A stretch of DNA of 64,000 bases from Haliotis rufescens. Taxonomy: Eukaryota. The position numbers and the translations under genes were made by a program. The stretch lies in assembly GCF_023055435.1 (NCBI RefSeq), contig NW_025964001.1, positions 43,090,001 through 43,154,000 of the forward strand. Direction: 5' to 3'. The notes under the pieces are model-generated. The model made no database searches, had not been told where the DNA came from, and was given only the letters and a program-made list of their open reading frames with translations. This document shows positions 1 to 14,100 of this stretch, in pieces (position 1 is the stretch's first letter; each line of letters starts with the position of its first letter).

Positions 1-140
1 CTTTTAAAAAATCCCAAACTATCAAAACGCACCACTTCACCGCCAGACCTATCAATGTGCCAAATATTGTGAAGAAATATTGAACGGTTTTCAACATCTG
101 CTCCGGAAACGACATCTTACACGGACGCACGGACGGAAGG
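1..140 (+). mobile_element. Non-autonomous Helentron-like (HINE) repeat fragment
   Basis: Shared with 27830-27990 (AAAATCCCAAACTATCAAAA.GCACCA.TTCAC...), ending in a (GACG)n-like microsatellite. Confidence 0.45.
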
Positions 141-144
141 TGTT

Positions 145-930
145 CTTTAAAACGCGTTGCGGAATTAAAATGGAAGCAAATGTCATCTGAAGTTTACTGA
201 GAAAACATTATGTGAAATGCTGGACTTCCTCATTGACAACATCAATACAAAATTTGGGGATAAGACATTTGACAATAGCACCCATCACCACTGGCACAAA
301 GTATGCCCCTTCCTTGCTGATCTCTCATATAAATCGAAATTTCTGCACAGATTGGCAAAATCAATCCAAGGGAATTTGGCTTAAGCTGTAGGTATAGCGT
401 TCAATAACGGTCAGATAGCCAATTCCCTTTCACTGAAGTCACTTTACCCGCTTAAACTAGAAATATAAGAAACCAGTGAAACCGCCTCATCTGTTTCATA
501 TTTGGATCTATTTATAACGATTCCGAAATACAAATACACTCTACAAGGCTGTATGAGAAAAGGGATGACTTCTATATGACTTTCCCTTTATGTCGAGCAA
601 AATTCCAGAAGCTCCAGACTTTGGTGTTTACATTTCAAAACAATCAAGCATGATCTTTGAACGAAAAACCTCATACGACTCTCAAAAGTTGTTTTAGCAA
701 GGGCACAGTAAAGCTTTCAAAGGTTTTATGATGTAGACATGTGGGCGACTTTACCTAGTTTGACGCATCAGTGACAAATATAATGTCCAATGCAATTCCC
801 TATTTTGCACGTGTGCCATATGTTCCGTGTTTTGTCTGGTGAACAACTGACTTGCCTTTGCATGTGTTTGTAACGGGTGCCAGCGCCGGGGCAGGATGCG
901 CTCACCTTTTCGCATACACCTGGCATCGTC
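145..930 (+). mobile_element. Degenerate Penelope-like reverse-transcriptase relic
   Basis: Broken-frame motifs DFLIDNI, GT..AP.LADL, ETASSVSYLDL, LYEKRDDF and FPFMSS.IP.AP.FGVYIS are typical of invertebrate Penelope-like RTs. Confidence 0.6.
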
Positions 931-2069
931 ACTATTTGGTAGAGCTTTATAAACACGTATTGTCGGAATCGTACAAATGACTGTGGTCGCTATATCGCTG
1001 AAATAATGGCGATGCTCACTCAATCACAATCGACTCGACGTGGAGATTTATAGATTATGAAAATGTTTGGGTTTCTAGATATAATATTCGTCATGGAAAT
1101 AACATGATAGTTATACTTTTCGCCTGCACAACAACTTTCAAAAACTTCTTATTCCCAGTGTGTTATGTCCCTTGCAGACTTTTTATAATGAAGTGAAAGT
1201 AATAACATTATTGCAACATTCATAAACGCAATAAATTTGAAATCAATAGAAGTTCCCAAATACTACGACTGTGGGGAGAGAGCAGTTAATATGTTACATT
1301 CATGACCCAGACATTAGTGTCGTTACTGCAATACTGATTCATACCGAGTAAACAAACCTGATCAAATTTCATGCATTTGTAAATGTCCTTGAATGTACAA
1401 ATAACTCACTACACGGGCAAACTGTTTAAAGACAAAGCGCGTGAAGGAATTCTTTCAAATTTAGAAAAAACAAACCTTTGGGTGATAAGGAATCATTACA
1501 TGGTACCGCGATTTTTAAGTCTGGTTCAGAAATACATAATAGCAACCAAACTATTCCAATAACCATATCTTTTACTGTAATTATACATTTGAACTCCCAT
1601 TTTTATATTTCTACTGATGGTTTTATTACCATTTTTTAACAGGTAATGCATTTATTTAGTATAGATAGGCACTCCCCTCGGCACGCCTTTTAGCTATCAA
1701 ATGTGAAATATTAGTTGCACTGTACATTGTACATATTTGACGTATTTGAGTTTGAGTGAGTGAGTGAGTGAGTGAGTGAGTATGGTTTCACGCGGCCTTG
1801 GGCAATATTCCAGCAATGTCACCGCGAATATTTGATACTGTTTTTTAAATTCCACTGATGCTAATATCTTGATATTCCAATAAGGAGAGGATCTCGTAAG
1901 TGGATCACTTTTGTTCAATCCGATTGTTTTGTCAATAGAATATGTTGAAACTAACTAAATATTAAATGTTGGCCCCGTTACACCACTTCCAGATCCTGAA
2001 AAAAATATGTATTTACTGTATCCATTGTTTTATGAACTATATATGCTCTTGTAAAATAGTATTCAAGCC

Positions 2070-3342
2070 CTAGACCTTTGGCCCATCAAGTGCTGCTAAC
2101 ATCAATATAACATTGTATGGCCAAAAAATCCCTACTACAGGAGAAATTAAACATGTTGGAATTTTACTTGACTCGGAATACAGCTCCTGGGAACGGACTT
2201 TAGATGCCTGCTTAAAGATGAGGTCTACCACAATGGCCCTGTTAAGAACAGGAGTCCACGTAAGAGGACTGAACCCTCTGGTGAGTTCCAACATCTTAAA
2301 GAGCGTCTGTGTACCAAGAGCCCTGTATGGAAGTGAATTGTGGTGTGGCTTAAGAAAAGCTGAACTGTTATCTTTAGAGCGTGCCCAGAGAGCTGCATTA
2401 AAAATTGCACAAGGTCTCCCTCGAAGCACACGGACTGATATTTGTAATGCCCTACTTGGATGGACCCCCTTGGAATTTGAAATAGACAAGAGAAAACTTC
2501 TGTTTCAAGGGAACCTATACAATAGCAGAATAACGTTCCTTACGAGAAGAATTTTCAGTACTAGGCTCTCCCTCTCAAATTACTATTGCGCTACCACTTC
2601 CCTGGGTTATGTTCCTGACATTAAACGTATTATGGCTAAGTAAAATCTTGAGCAATTCCTGAGCAGCTTTAGTACCAATGGTACATTCCCCAGCTGTCAT
2701 ACCTGGATGAAAGTTGTGAAAGATGCCATTAAAGCGAATGATCTTGAAGCATGGAGAAGACGCATAAACTCTGATCCTGACCTAATGCATTTTAAACAAA
2801 TTCATCCGGTTATCTGCCCTCACAAAGCATGGCAAATTGCTAGAAGAAATCCAGATCTGAAACAAGCTGCAACCTTCGTGATCCACTTGTGCGCAGCCTG
2901 GAGACCTGGGAAAGTTCAGGGTGTGTGTGACATGTGTAAGTTTGCCCACCAGGACTTGCTCGTTCATGTTGTGTGTATATGTCCACAGGCAGAGCAACTC
3001 AGAGACAATTTGTGGTGTAGCATAGTCGACACTTGTCCAGTGGAAGTCAGCGTGGCTCTCCATAACAAGCAGGAAATTGAGTTAGTTTGCCGTCTCCTAG
3101 CATGCACGCCCCTCGATCCCAGCAAATCCAGAGACGGTAGAGAGCTTTGCAAAAGCTGCAGTCAAAGGTCTCTTCCAATTGAAGAAATATATATACCTTG
3201 TGAAGAAACATTATATGTTCTGACATGTGAGCAGGGATAGACTTAACATAAGAATGTCTGTTTACGTACACTTGTAAATACTGTATTTATATGTTTATAA
3301 TTCTCCTATGGAGGAATAAAGAATATATATATATATATATAT
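2070..3342 (+). mobile_element. 5'-truncated CR1-group (L2/Crack/Daphne-like) LINE remnant, RT C-terminal region
   Basis: KHVGI, PRALYGSELW and LERAQRAALKIAQGLP motifs, then a CxxC..HxxxxC finger. Stop at 2641; ends with AATAAA plus (TA)n. Confidence 0.75.
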
Positions 3343-3980
3343 GGTTGGCTTTTGCCACTGTATGACAATAACGAGGTGTGTACCTACAGACTGCCTCCAG
3401 TAGACTTTAACTATACACTCAAATTCCGTATGGAGAAAGTCCCTTCTTAAATATATAACAGAAAAAGCGCAGTGTATGAGTACAGAAGTTGAAAATTACT
3501 GTTGACTTGAGTTTCATGGAGCACGGAATCTAAGATATGGTTGAATTAATTACATTAATGAAGTTTTAAATTTATACAATTTAGAATATATATCTTGTAT
3601 GCAAATATATTATTAAATTGCACAACACTGAGATCAAGTATATGCAAGTTCTATGTACAGAAACAGGGAATCTGAAATATTTTAAGAACCCTAAAAATAT
3701 AGTTTAAATTGATTGGTACTTATAGTATCATATATTTCAAACTAATCAACTATTTACCTTCGGATTGGGCTACCTGTATACAAAAATAATGCAAACAAAT
3801 TAATAGATAACATAAATCAAACTGTTTTATAGCTTAAGGCCGTATCTAACTATCAGGTATTATATGACATAATGCACCATATAATTGGGTGTGTTAGTCA
3901 ATAAATGGGGAAATAATCAAATATCTGACTAAATGTTAGGTAGGTTGAAAAACAATGCATCAATGTATGAAATCCTTGTT

Positions 3981-4177
3981 NNNNNNNNNNNNNNNNNNNN
4001 NNNNNNNNNNNNNNNNNNNNNNNNNNNNNNNNNNNNNNNNNNNNNNNNNNNNNNNNNNNNNNNNNNNNNNNNNNNNNNNNNNNNNNNNNNNNNNNNNNNN
4101 NNNNNNNNNNNNNNNNNNNNNNNNNNNNNNNNNNNNNNNNNNNNNNNNNNNNNNNNNNNNNNNNNNNNNNNNNNNNN
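3981..4177. other. Assembly gap (N run)
   Basis: Run of N; ORFs across it are artefacts. Confidence 1.
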
Positions 4178-5016
4178 CTCAAAGTGATTTCATTTATTTA
4201 TCTGAATTTCTGCGTTGATCACCTTTCTTTCCATATTATTTACAAAGTTTTTCTATTACAAGTAAAAAAATCCCATAATGGTTTATAGCTAAACAGCTAT
4301 TTTTCTATTTTCAATACTGCATGTTGATAACATAAGAGAAATATAACACCACCATCTGAAGGGAACGGTCAAAGGCTGTCGTTAATGTGTTTTCAAGTTG
4401 CACAGTTTGGGGCGCATTGTCAGACAACTATTATACCGGGGAAAAGGAAGGATATACTTGAAAATGGGATTTGACCAAAAAATTACAAACTTTATCATAA
4501 CGTTACTAGCCTGAAAACAGTCGCCGAAACAATGCAAACGTAGGTCTAAAACACAACTATGATACCCGTATCAAATACATCACCATCGCATAAACATTTC
4601 TTGTATGTTTCATTTGTAGCCACCATCAAACATGGGTGTAGTCTTGTTTTTGCCAGAAGGTTAATAGTTTGTTCGTTTAAGATATCAAGAAATTTAGGTT
4701 TCTGTACCAGAAATGAAACACTCTTGTGTGTGTGTAATAACTGGGGAATTTGTGATGGGATTTCCTGACAGCATCAATCATGATACGACAAAAGCAGCAG
4801 TTAACTAGCTTGATCTATTTCGCACAAATCTGTTTTTTGACATTCAAATATCAACATATATTCCCGGCAATGGCCTGTTCGAAGGAAATACTAAGATTAA
4901 TGATGGACTTGATTCGGACGTGATCTAGCACACGATTACAATATTAAAAAACGACAAAAAAACAACTACCATTCATCACAAACAAACAAAACAGAGAGTA
5001 CAATGAGCCGCAACCC

Positions 5017-5047
<31 letters not shown>

Positions 5048-5470
5048 ACACAATTATGCAATGTACAGGTTGCAAGTAATTATATAACGTCAACTCCGGA
5101 GAATAACCAGTCACGATTACCCGCGTAGAAAAGGCAAAATAGTGTTGAAAATACATATGAATGGATCACTTAAAATCAGTGATGACACCATAAAAGGGTA
5201 CAATGCCCCGCTTTACCGGCAGCATCCGAGACAACTTGCATAAAAATGTGTTTGTTGCCTAATGCCTCATTCATGAGTTTAATCTTGCTGCCTTTAAAGC
5301 AATACGGTAACAAATATCCGCACGATGTAATTACGTACAGTAATTGAACACCACTACAAGTCAAATATAAGGCACTTCATATTAAACGTTTTTACGCTAA
5401 GGTTTGTGGGATATGTGGGCCTTGACAACAACATTCGTGTTTTGATGATTTTAAGAAAGATGATTGAATA

Positions 5471-5627
5471 CATGGGCGGATACAGAGGGGGTGTGTGCGG
5501 GGGTGCGCACCACCCCCCTTTTATTTCGAAAAAAAATCTTTATTTCTGTATAAATTACCACCAAAGACAATAAATAGATCTTAATTGTGCACCCCCCCCC
5601 TTTTCAAAAAAGTTGTATCCGCCCATG
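5471..5627. mobile_element. MITE, hAT-like ends, 5-bp TSD
   Basis: TIR CATGGGCGGATAC / GTATCCGCCCATG, with GAATA on both flanks. Confidence 0.8.
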
Positions 5628-6166
5628 GAATATATCACAGGGAAACAGAGTGAGATACCAGCCCGCGGGGACGAGACTATGATACGATTATTTGCAAAAC
5701 AGAGTCAATGGAGGGCTCCTACCTATGAGCTTGTTGTAGTCCACGCCTTTCTGGGAAACGCTCTGGACAGTCCACGGGGTGACCTCATCCTCATCCTGGA
5801 CTAGGGAGTCTTTAGCGTCAGCCATTACGGTACTCACTTGAACGTTGTCGACCTGTACAGCCGCAGCTCACGGAATGACAAGTTCTCCCTACCACTGCGT
5901 CTGACGCAATATACACACGCGGCCGTACAACCAGCCTTTATAAACACAAACCGAAAGAGCATGTCAATGTAATAGCAGTTTCCACTGTAGAATATTTTTT
6001 ATATTAAACTTGAGTGACAAGTAACTACTGGTATTTATTCGGGGGCATGGGTGGCCCAGTCGTCTAAGGCGCCGCGATTCGCTGTGCAGAGTTGCGTCCC
6101 TTGGGCACGCCAGAAACCTATGATTGTGGGTTCGAATTACCCACATTACCTCCCCATCACCTTTTC

Positions 6167-6198
6167 CACACACACACAGACACACAGACACACACACA

Positions 6199-6247
<49 letters not shown>
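6167..6247. repeat. (CA)n microsatellite
   Basis: Seen directly. Others: (GAGT)n 1755-1781, (TTG)n 44225-44256 and (CAT)n 62904-62937. Confidence 0.95.
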
Positions 6248-6250
<3 letters not shown>

Positions 6251-7299
6251 GCACAAACAACCAGCAAACCAACAATTAACCCTAATATCAATCTTGTTTC
6301 ATGACTACATTGTAAGACATCAGGATCGGAGTTACCTACCTTTCCAGGTTAAATCTAAAAAGCAGTTTCATGATTACTTTATGCTCTGTAACTTTAGTCA
6401 CTGACACAACTTCTGTACGTCATTAAAATCATGATAATAATTACATAAGGTCTTATATTAAGCAAAAAGATTAAAATGAATTGCAGCATAAAATGAGCCG
6501 TAAAGGCAAACATTACTCGTCATCTCAATTATACACTTCAATCTAAGAACAGTGAGGGAGTGACTTGCGTTTTATATGACTGGGACAATCTAGAAATAAA
6601 TAATAACACGAAATACATTCTAGTAGAAATGTTTTAGTTTCATGGGCACTGTTTAAAGCATTTACACGAAAAAACATTTGTTATTGTTCATTATGTCCTG
6701 TGGCCCGAAGTCCCATTTATACAATTAAGTCAAACCTCCCTTTAAATGAAATTCGTTCAAGTCATTAGTGTTCTGATACAGGTACCTAATAAGGGGAAAT
6801 TCCAGTTTGGTTCAATATCTAAAACACACAAAAGCACGGTCGGGTCATTTAATATCAGTCTTTGTCAGATTTGCACCAAGCTACTTGTACGCTGTTTGCG
6901 TGTGTTCAAGAAAATCATTGACGTCAAATACAGCGAATAACCATCTCAATCATCCGCCGAAATTGCAATGGGGCGTAATTAAAAATAAATAGGTATTAGT
7001 GAAGAAAGGGGGCATGCGGCACATGTAAAACACTGGGGAATATTTGAAGACAACGTAGACTGATATAAAAAAAACTTGGAATTTAACGCTTACATAACCA
7101 AGTTGCAGAGATTGACTATGTTGTCACGACTGGGGTATTAATACACAGACAGCAACATTGCCCCACACAGTCGAATGGCATATTGACACAAGCTAGACGA
7201 TCCTCGAGAATGGCATAAAGTTTAATCCATTAATACCTCGTGCCTAAAATTCCTCCGTGGGTTGAAGCTGAAAGCAAAAATAAGACGAGGGTGGGGTAT

Positions 7300-8110
7300 T
7301 CTTGTCGAAAGCGTTGATTTATAGCAGTGTTGGCTGCGATCTGTTCAAACTGTATCGTGTCTCCGAGCGTTCGCAAACATGTATTGGAAGGACCTTGAGT
7401 AATATTGATGTCAATGGAACATGTTTTAACCTGTTATGTAACTATACAAAAAAAGTGTTTAAACCCTGGTTTGATGGTTTAAAACAGGGTTGTTTGCTAT
7501 CTCCCTTACTCTTTATGTGCAAATGCTATTGTTTTATTCGATGAAATGGAAATCAAATGCAATGTATTGATCGAGTGTCTACATAATTCTTGTGATTCAA
7601 AATAAAATGGCTTTAAATATCGCCGAGTCCAACGTACTGCATTTCCGAGACACGTCGGTGTAGTTCGGTACATTTTTGTTTAGTTTTGTTTTCATATGGA
7701 GATATCCAGTTAGAATGTTTTGGTGTTTGAATTATGCGCGTATGGCTTAATGTGTGGCAAATTCAGGGAGCAGTGAAATCACAAAATATAAAATGTTGGT
7801 TGGTATGCAATATCAGCTTATTCTAAGTTGTATTAATCAATAATCGATCGAATATTGAATATGATGTTGCAATATAGGGTACTCAATAATTTGTCATAAA
7901 TAAATGATGTTCATAAGAGTGCCATGCGCTTTATTCTTGGTTAACGTAAATATAGAAGCGTGTTGTTTGTGAACCTGTTGTTAATCAGTGGAGAAGGGTG
8001 TAGATTTTATAGGGGCTTATGCGAAAGAGACCGTAATCAGGTTACAACTGACATTTTTATTTGGAGTAATGTTTTGGCTTTTCAAAAGAAACGAAATTGG
8101 AATTTTGGAG
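7300..8110 (+). mobile_element. Highly decayed LINE RT fragment
   Basis: A GLKQGCLLSPLLF RT motif lies at ~7475-7515; downstream similarity is only faint. Confidence 0.5.
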
Positions 8111-8439
8111 TACTTGTAAAATTGTCAGACCTTACCCTAGAAAATTGAAAAATATGTTAGTTTTGTTATGTCAAAGGTAACAAAACTTTTATTTAAATTG
8201 ATAAGTATCATGGTAACTGTACAAGCAGTCTCACAAACTGATGGCAGAACTGGCACAGGTGAAAATGAACTTCGAACACCTGTTACAAACACATCCAAGG
8301 GCAAGTCAAGTGTTAAGCTGAAAATAATAGGGAATATTTGGTACACGTTAAAAAAGGGAATTGCATCAGAAATCATATTGGCGACTGATGCTTCAAATTT
8401 GGAAATGTCCTCGCCCTGTTTAGGGGAAGGGGGCAGACT

Positions 8440-8620
8440 CGCGGCTAGCCATTCCATTCTGGTGATGTTTTGCAGGTGGAGGTATTCAGTTACGATACAT
8501 GCACGGAGTGCATGAGGGTCGTCGCCTTGAAAGACAAACGGTACAACTATTGGCGCCAATATGTTGCATCGGTAGTACTGGCCAATGACCCTCCCATGGA
8601 CAGTATGCACAGGCGTTCTG
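8440..8620 (-). mobile_element. Tc1/mariner transposase fragment
   Basis: YRCNILAPIVVPF..FQGDDPHALRACIVTEYL...ITRMEWLAAS resembles the Tc1 FQDDNARPH...WPARSPD region. Confidence 0.55.
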
Positions 8621-8852
8621 GCAGTCTTAGTGATCCCGCCTTATATAATTACAGACCCAACCCCAAATCTGTCACGTTGCCTTACGTTGACGTTCGCCTG
8701 ATGTTCGTAAGGACGCCTCCAGACACGTCTTCACCTATCTAAAAAACAAAGAGTGGATCTGAAAACATAACACGAGACCATCCGTGATTTATCGTGTTTC
8801 TACGCTCAAAACACCACAGACGTCCTGCTTGAATGTGTCCATTCGTGAACGG

Positions 8853-9007
8853 ATGGTGAGCTAGCCTAGCTACTGGTTAAAGCGTTCGCTCGTCACGTCG
8901 AAGATCCGGGTTCGATTCCCCACATAGGTACAATGTTTCTGATGTCCCCCGCTGTGATATGGGTGGAATGTTGCTAAAAGCGGCGTAACATCATACTCAC
9001 TCACTCG
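8853..9007 (+). mobile_element. tRNA(Asp)-derived SINE with (ACTC)n tail
   Basis: A-box-like TAGC..TGG, GTC anticodon-like CTCGTCACG and B box GGTTCGATTCCC. Direct repeat GTGAACGG lies near both ends. Confidence 0.75.
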
Positions 9008-9097
9008 TTTTGTGAACGGTGGTACAACAAGCAATCTTTTTAAAACCAGATCTTAGTTCTCTCCATTGTTATTAATTGTTGTATTATCCAGTAGTGT

Positions 9098-9372
9098 TGC
9101 TTGGTTGGATGGTTGGTTGGTTGTTTAACGTCGCACTCAGCAATATTCGAACTATATGACGGCGGTCTGTAAATAATCGAGTCTGGACCAGACAATCCAG
9201 TGATTAATATTATGAGCATCGATACACACAATTGGGATCGATGACAAGCATCAACCAAGTCAGCGAGCCTGACCACCCGATCCCGTTAGTCGCCTTTTAC
9301 GGCAAGCATATTCACCTTTTACGGCAAGCATGGGTTGCTGAAGATCTATTCTACCCCGGATCTTCACGGGTC
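9098..9372 (-). mobile_element. Family A retroposon, full-length copy
   Basis: Same consensus on the - strand; 11-bp TSD TCCAGTAGTGT. Confidence 0.9.
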
Positions 9373-10229
9373 TCCAGTAGTGTGATCGAATTGTGTTGCG
9401 ACGTATTATGTCTGCCTCATTGTGTTTCATGTTATGCATGTGGTGGCATATACCCCCACGGCCGTATACTTCGTCAATAAACACATTCAGGTCATTCTTT
9501 CTTGTCTGAGTGTGAGTGTTGGGTGAATTAGAAGGGGTGTTTGGATATTAACAGTTTTCTACATACATTAGAAACTATAAATTTCACGGCGAGTCAACTT
9601 AATGTGGGGGGAAAGCCCGAAGTGATGCAGGCCTCACACGTTTACGACTTTGAGAAACCCACGAGCACAGGTATAGTGCTGAAAGACCTAAAAACATCAT
9701 TGGGGCGAAGCGTGTTCGTACCCATAACGATAAGTTTCCGATCCAAGGGAAGTAACTCTGCACAGCGAATTGTGGCGCCGTGTACGACTTGGTCGCCCGT
9801 TACCACTCTGCCAACAGTGTGCTGGCGTATTTGTTCCGGGCTTGGCGGAAATAGCCGAACGTGAGACATGACAAACGAAGGGAAAAGGAGAAGCAACACA
9901 TTTGCCAGGATTCTTCGAACTTTCTTCAACTTTATGAATGTGTTTGTTAAATCATATGGAGCAGAACAATTGATAAACGTCAATCGGAGTCTGTTATCTG
10001 TAAACAGTTTGTTTTGGTTTTTCATTATGTACGTAGGTACAATAGTAACATAAAAAGAATTGGTTTTGTATATTTACAGAAATGTATGTATGATGTAAGT
10101 GTACGTTGTAGGTCAAATATGTTAAAACACGATTACAAGAATAACCTGCACACCACGTCATTATTCAGAATAACAGGTCATGGGTTTTTATGCTGGTCAA
10201 ACAAATTGTGACATATATCTTCAATATGT

Positions 10230-10475
10230 TTGTTTTTTGGGTTTGTTGTTTAACGCAGCACTCAGCAATACTCCAGCTACATGACGGCGGTCTGTAAATA
10301 ATCAAGTCAGGGCCAGACAATCCAATGATTGAAATCATGAGCATCGATCCACGTAATTTGGATACGATGACATGCATCAACCAAGTCGGCGAGCCTGACA
10401 ACCCGATCCCGTTAGTCGCCTTTTACGGCAAGAATGGGTTGCTGAAGACCTGTTCTACCCCGGTTTTTCCGGGTC
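10230..10475 (-). mobile_element. Family A retroposon copy
   Basis: Matches the consensus from head to tail. Confidence 0.85.
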
Positions 10476-11123
10476 GTTTTCAACATGTAGAAACTGTGTA
10501 TTTGAATTACAAATTGTACATGTGTTTCACACAATTCACAGTGGTTGTGTTAGTGTCTTTTACTGGGATGTCGTATTCGTGTCGTTAACTGGAATATAGT
10601 ATTCGTGTCGTTAACTGAGATGTCGTTTCGTGTCATTATATTATATTCAAATACTGCAACCATTACATAAACCGTCTGAAGATGGGACTTTGCAGAAAAT
10701 GAGTCCAAATGTCCAAAAGCACAAAGTACAAATCCAGATTATAAAAAGCTTACAGCATAAATATTTCTATTGTATATATATATGACATACATTCCTCACA
10801 AAAAATGGGCTACAGAATTCCGCGTTCGCATGTTACGTTTCACATATTTCGTATTATTTTTACACTCTTAAAATGCTGTATAGAATTCTGTGTCAAATAT
10901 TCTAAGGCACGGCCACCGACGGCGGTGTTATCGAATTTGTCGTGAAGCTCCGCACATTACACCCTCAATGTATGGAGCTTCGACAATTTTAACCAATCCG
11001 GAATAAGCTTTGCATTTGCTTCGAGTCTGGATTGTTGTAGAAACGAAAAGATGGCGGCAGGTGCCCGTCAATGACTTACGAAGTACAGGTATTGCTTTCT
11101 CGCCACTGCGAGCGTCCAACACC

Positions 11124-14100
11124 ATGCTTGTTAACGCAATAGAGCATTCAGATGTGGAACTGACTAAAGAGCACATCAAGGAAATTGGTGATTTGCTGGA
11201 GAGCAATCAGCTCAGAATAATTTCTTTGAGAAATTGTAAGATTTCAGATGTAAACTTTAAACGACTGATGAAAAGTAGCGGTCGCAGTACATCATTGTTA
11301 CAGATGTCCCTCAGTGTTGGAGTCATCTCCGACCAACAACGAATAGAACTCCTGGCACAAGCTCTGAGGAAAAACAAGCTTCTGAAGTCATTACAGTACG
11401 TGACTTGGTGACGATAGTCATCAAACGTTCTCATATAGCACATTCATTGAATCAAACATAACCCACGTTTATCTATTACTACACGTTATGGTACAATGAT
11501 ATGCTAATGAAGAATTAATGAACCAATGTGCATATTGTTTTAATCCGCGAAAACCTGATTTATGCATAGTGTGCATTACAGTTTTTAAATACCAAAGCGA
11601 CCTGTTAAGATCCGGTTTAGAATTGGTCTTTAGCAACCCATGCTTGTTGTAAGAGTTGACTAATGGGATAGAGGGTCAGGGTCGTTGACTTGGTTGATGT
11701 ATGTCATCGTATCCCATTTGCATAGATCAATGCTCATGATGTCAATCACTGGATTGTTTGGTCCAGACTCGATTATTTACAGACTGTTGTCATATAGCTG
11801 GAATATTTCTGAGTGCGGCATTAAACAACAAACAAACAAACAAACAAAACCTACCCAAAGCTATCTGCCATCCACTAGTCCAAAGTCTGAATATGGTTAA
11901 ATCACATAATACTAATCCATAAACTAAGACTAAAATATACTGAAAGAAATGCAAAAATAGATATTCAGGCTGGTAGACTCAAAGGACAGACGGCCGAAGT
12001 AAACTTTCCTCCACTGTGTTGATGTAATATCTTTTTTTTGGGGGGGGGGGGGGATAATTGTGTCCGATCTATGTGCATGTTGTCAGTCTAGGAGATATCA
12101 GTCACAAGATTATCTCTGACCTTTTTTACTCCAGTATCCATGGTAACCCGATAGGTGATGAAGGACTGAAGGTGATAGCAGAGGCATTGTCATACAACTC
12201 TCATGTAACATCCCTTGATGTTGGTGACTGTGACTTGGGAGATGCTGCTATACAACACTTAAGGCTTTTGCTGATGCCAACATCAGAACAAGAAGGTTGG
12301 TCAGCAGAAACAGTGAAGCAGATCCATGTTGCTTTCAAATTTCAAACAGGGCTCCAGATAATTTTTGGAACCATTTCATATGTACTTATAAGCTATCATT
12401 CACATTGAGTATTGATAGATTTTTTCAATCTTCCCAAGGCATGAGAGTTAACTGGCTATAAAAGTCCAGTTTCCATCCTTGCCGAACTAGGCTGGTATTA
12501 TGGAGTTACATTTTGGCAGTAGATTTCATGTATGTGTGATGCCTGCCTTCCCTCAGTAATACAACAACTGTAAAGAAATACAGCTAAGCAAGTTGAAAAC
12601 GATACATTGGGTAATTTCGCCGGGTGTTGATGTTGAGATTTTAAAAATGTTCATATGTATTTGTGTGCAACGACTCAAGGCTGAAAGGGTAATGGTATTT
12701 TATTTTACATATTTTATACAAATTTGCAGCTTACCTGGACTTGTGCTGGACACGGTCACTGCACTTTTGACATGTTTGTTTGTTGTTGTTTGCGCTTGTT
12801 AAGTGGCAGCGATCTTCCAGCTATATGACAGCGGTCTGTACATAATTGAGTCTGGGCCAGACAATCCACTGATTGACATCATGAGCATTGATCTTTGCAG
12901 TTGGGATACAATGACACAGGTTCTTCATGGGTTACTTGTGACATCAATGCATTATTGATTGTGAGTGGACTCTGTAATGTTTTTTTCATGAAGGTGTCCT
13001 GACAGACAGCATTGATAGTGGTCAGCTCTCATTATTTGTACATTGAGCATCATTGCTTCAAAAGATGACCCCTGTGAAGATCCGGGTTAGAAATGATCTT
13101 CAGCAACCCATGCTTGTCATTAGCGTCCACTAACAGATTAGGTGGTCAGGCTCGCTGACTTGGTTGGTGCATGTCATCATATCCCAATTGCATTGATTGA
13201 TGCTCGTGTCAGTCACTGGATTGTCTGGTAAAGACCCGATTACTTACAGACCGCCGTCATATAGCTGACATATTGCTGAGTACAGCATTAAACAAACATG
13301 ATTGGTCGGATGAAAGTCGTTTGGATGAGATTCATAATGGGATGTCCTCAGATCTTTGTTTATCAGTAGCAAGAGCTAATATGAGATTTTAAAAAGACTT
13401 TAATAAGACTGAACATTTGCAAAATCCCAACCAGTAAAATTACCACAGCAGATGTAACTCTACATCTAAATCAAATAACTTCCCCCAAAATGGATAACAT
13501 ACACTCTTCAGGACCTTCATTTTGGAAAGCAGGGAGTCATAGAACTCTATTGTTTTGTACCCAAGGTTTATCTGAACTGGGTCTCAGTGCCAACACAAGG
13601 ATCAGCACAGCTGGATGGGCAAGTCTAGCCATGACAGTGGCCCACTCCCCAAACCTGAGGCGTGTCTACCTCGACTACAACAATTTGGAGGACATCGGGG
13701 CCAGCAGCCTGCTGGTGGGCGTGGCAGCCAACCAGCAGATTGAGGCCCTCGACTTTGAAGGCACCGGGGTCACAGAGAAGACAGCCCAGGTACACCAGTC
13801 TATGCATGACAACAGTACCTGTTAACCTCTAATGCTCTGTTTAGTTTTACTTTAAGGCCAATGGACCTGATAACAACTGCAGGAAAAATGTTTTGATTGA
13901 ACTGATATGTTTTTTTACTTTGCAGTGAGATGACCAGTTGTTTCACTGACATAAATTCCCTATCTTCAAGATCTTTCCTAAGTGAAGATAGCTGATGTCA
14001 TCACTTTGCTCTCATATAATACTTCTATGCCTAAAGACATAGTGGTAGCATGTCAGCCCGGAGAGTGGAAGGTTGGGGGTTAGATCCCCGGCAGCGCCGT

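Noticed and set aside
3898-4218. ORFs spanning the N run
   Set aside because: Assembly gap artefact.
8853-8925. Possible tRNA genes here and at ~6041, 15640, 49163 and 58770
   Set aside because: Acceptor stems are broken and most continue into SINE bodies with tails or TSDs, so they are tRNA-derived repeats.
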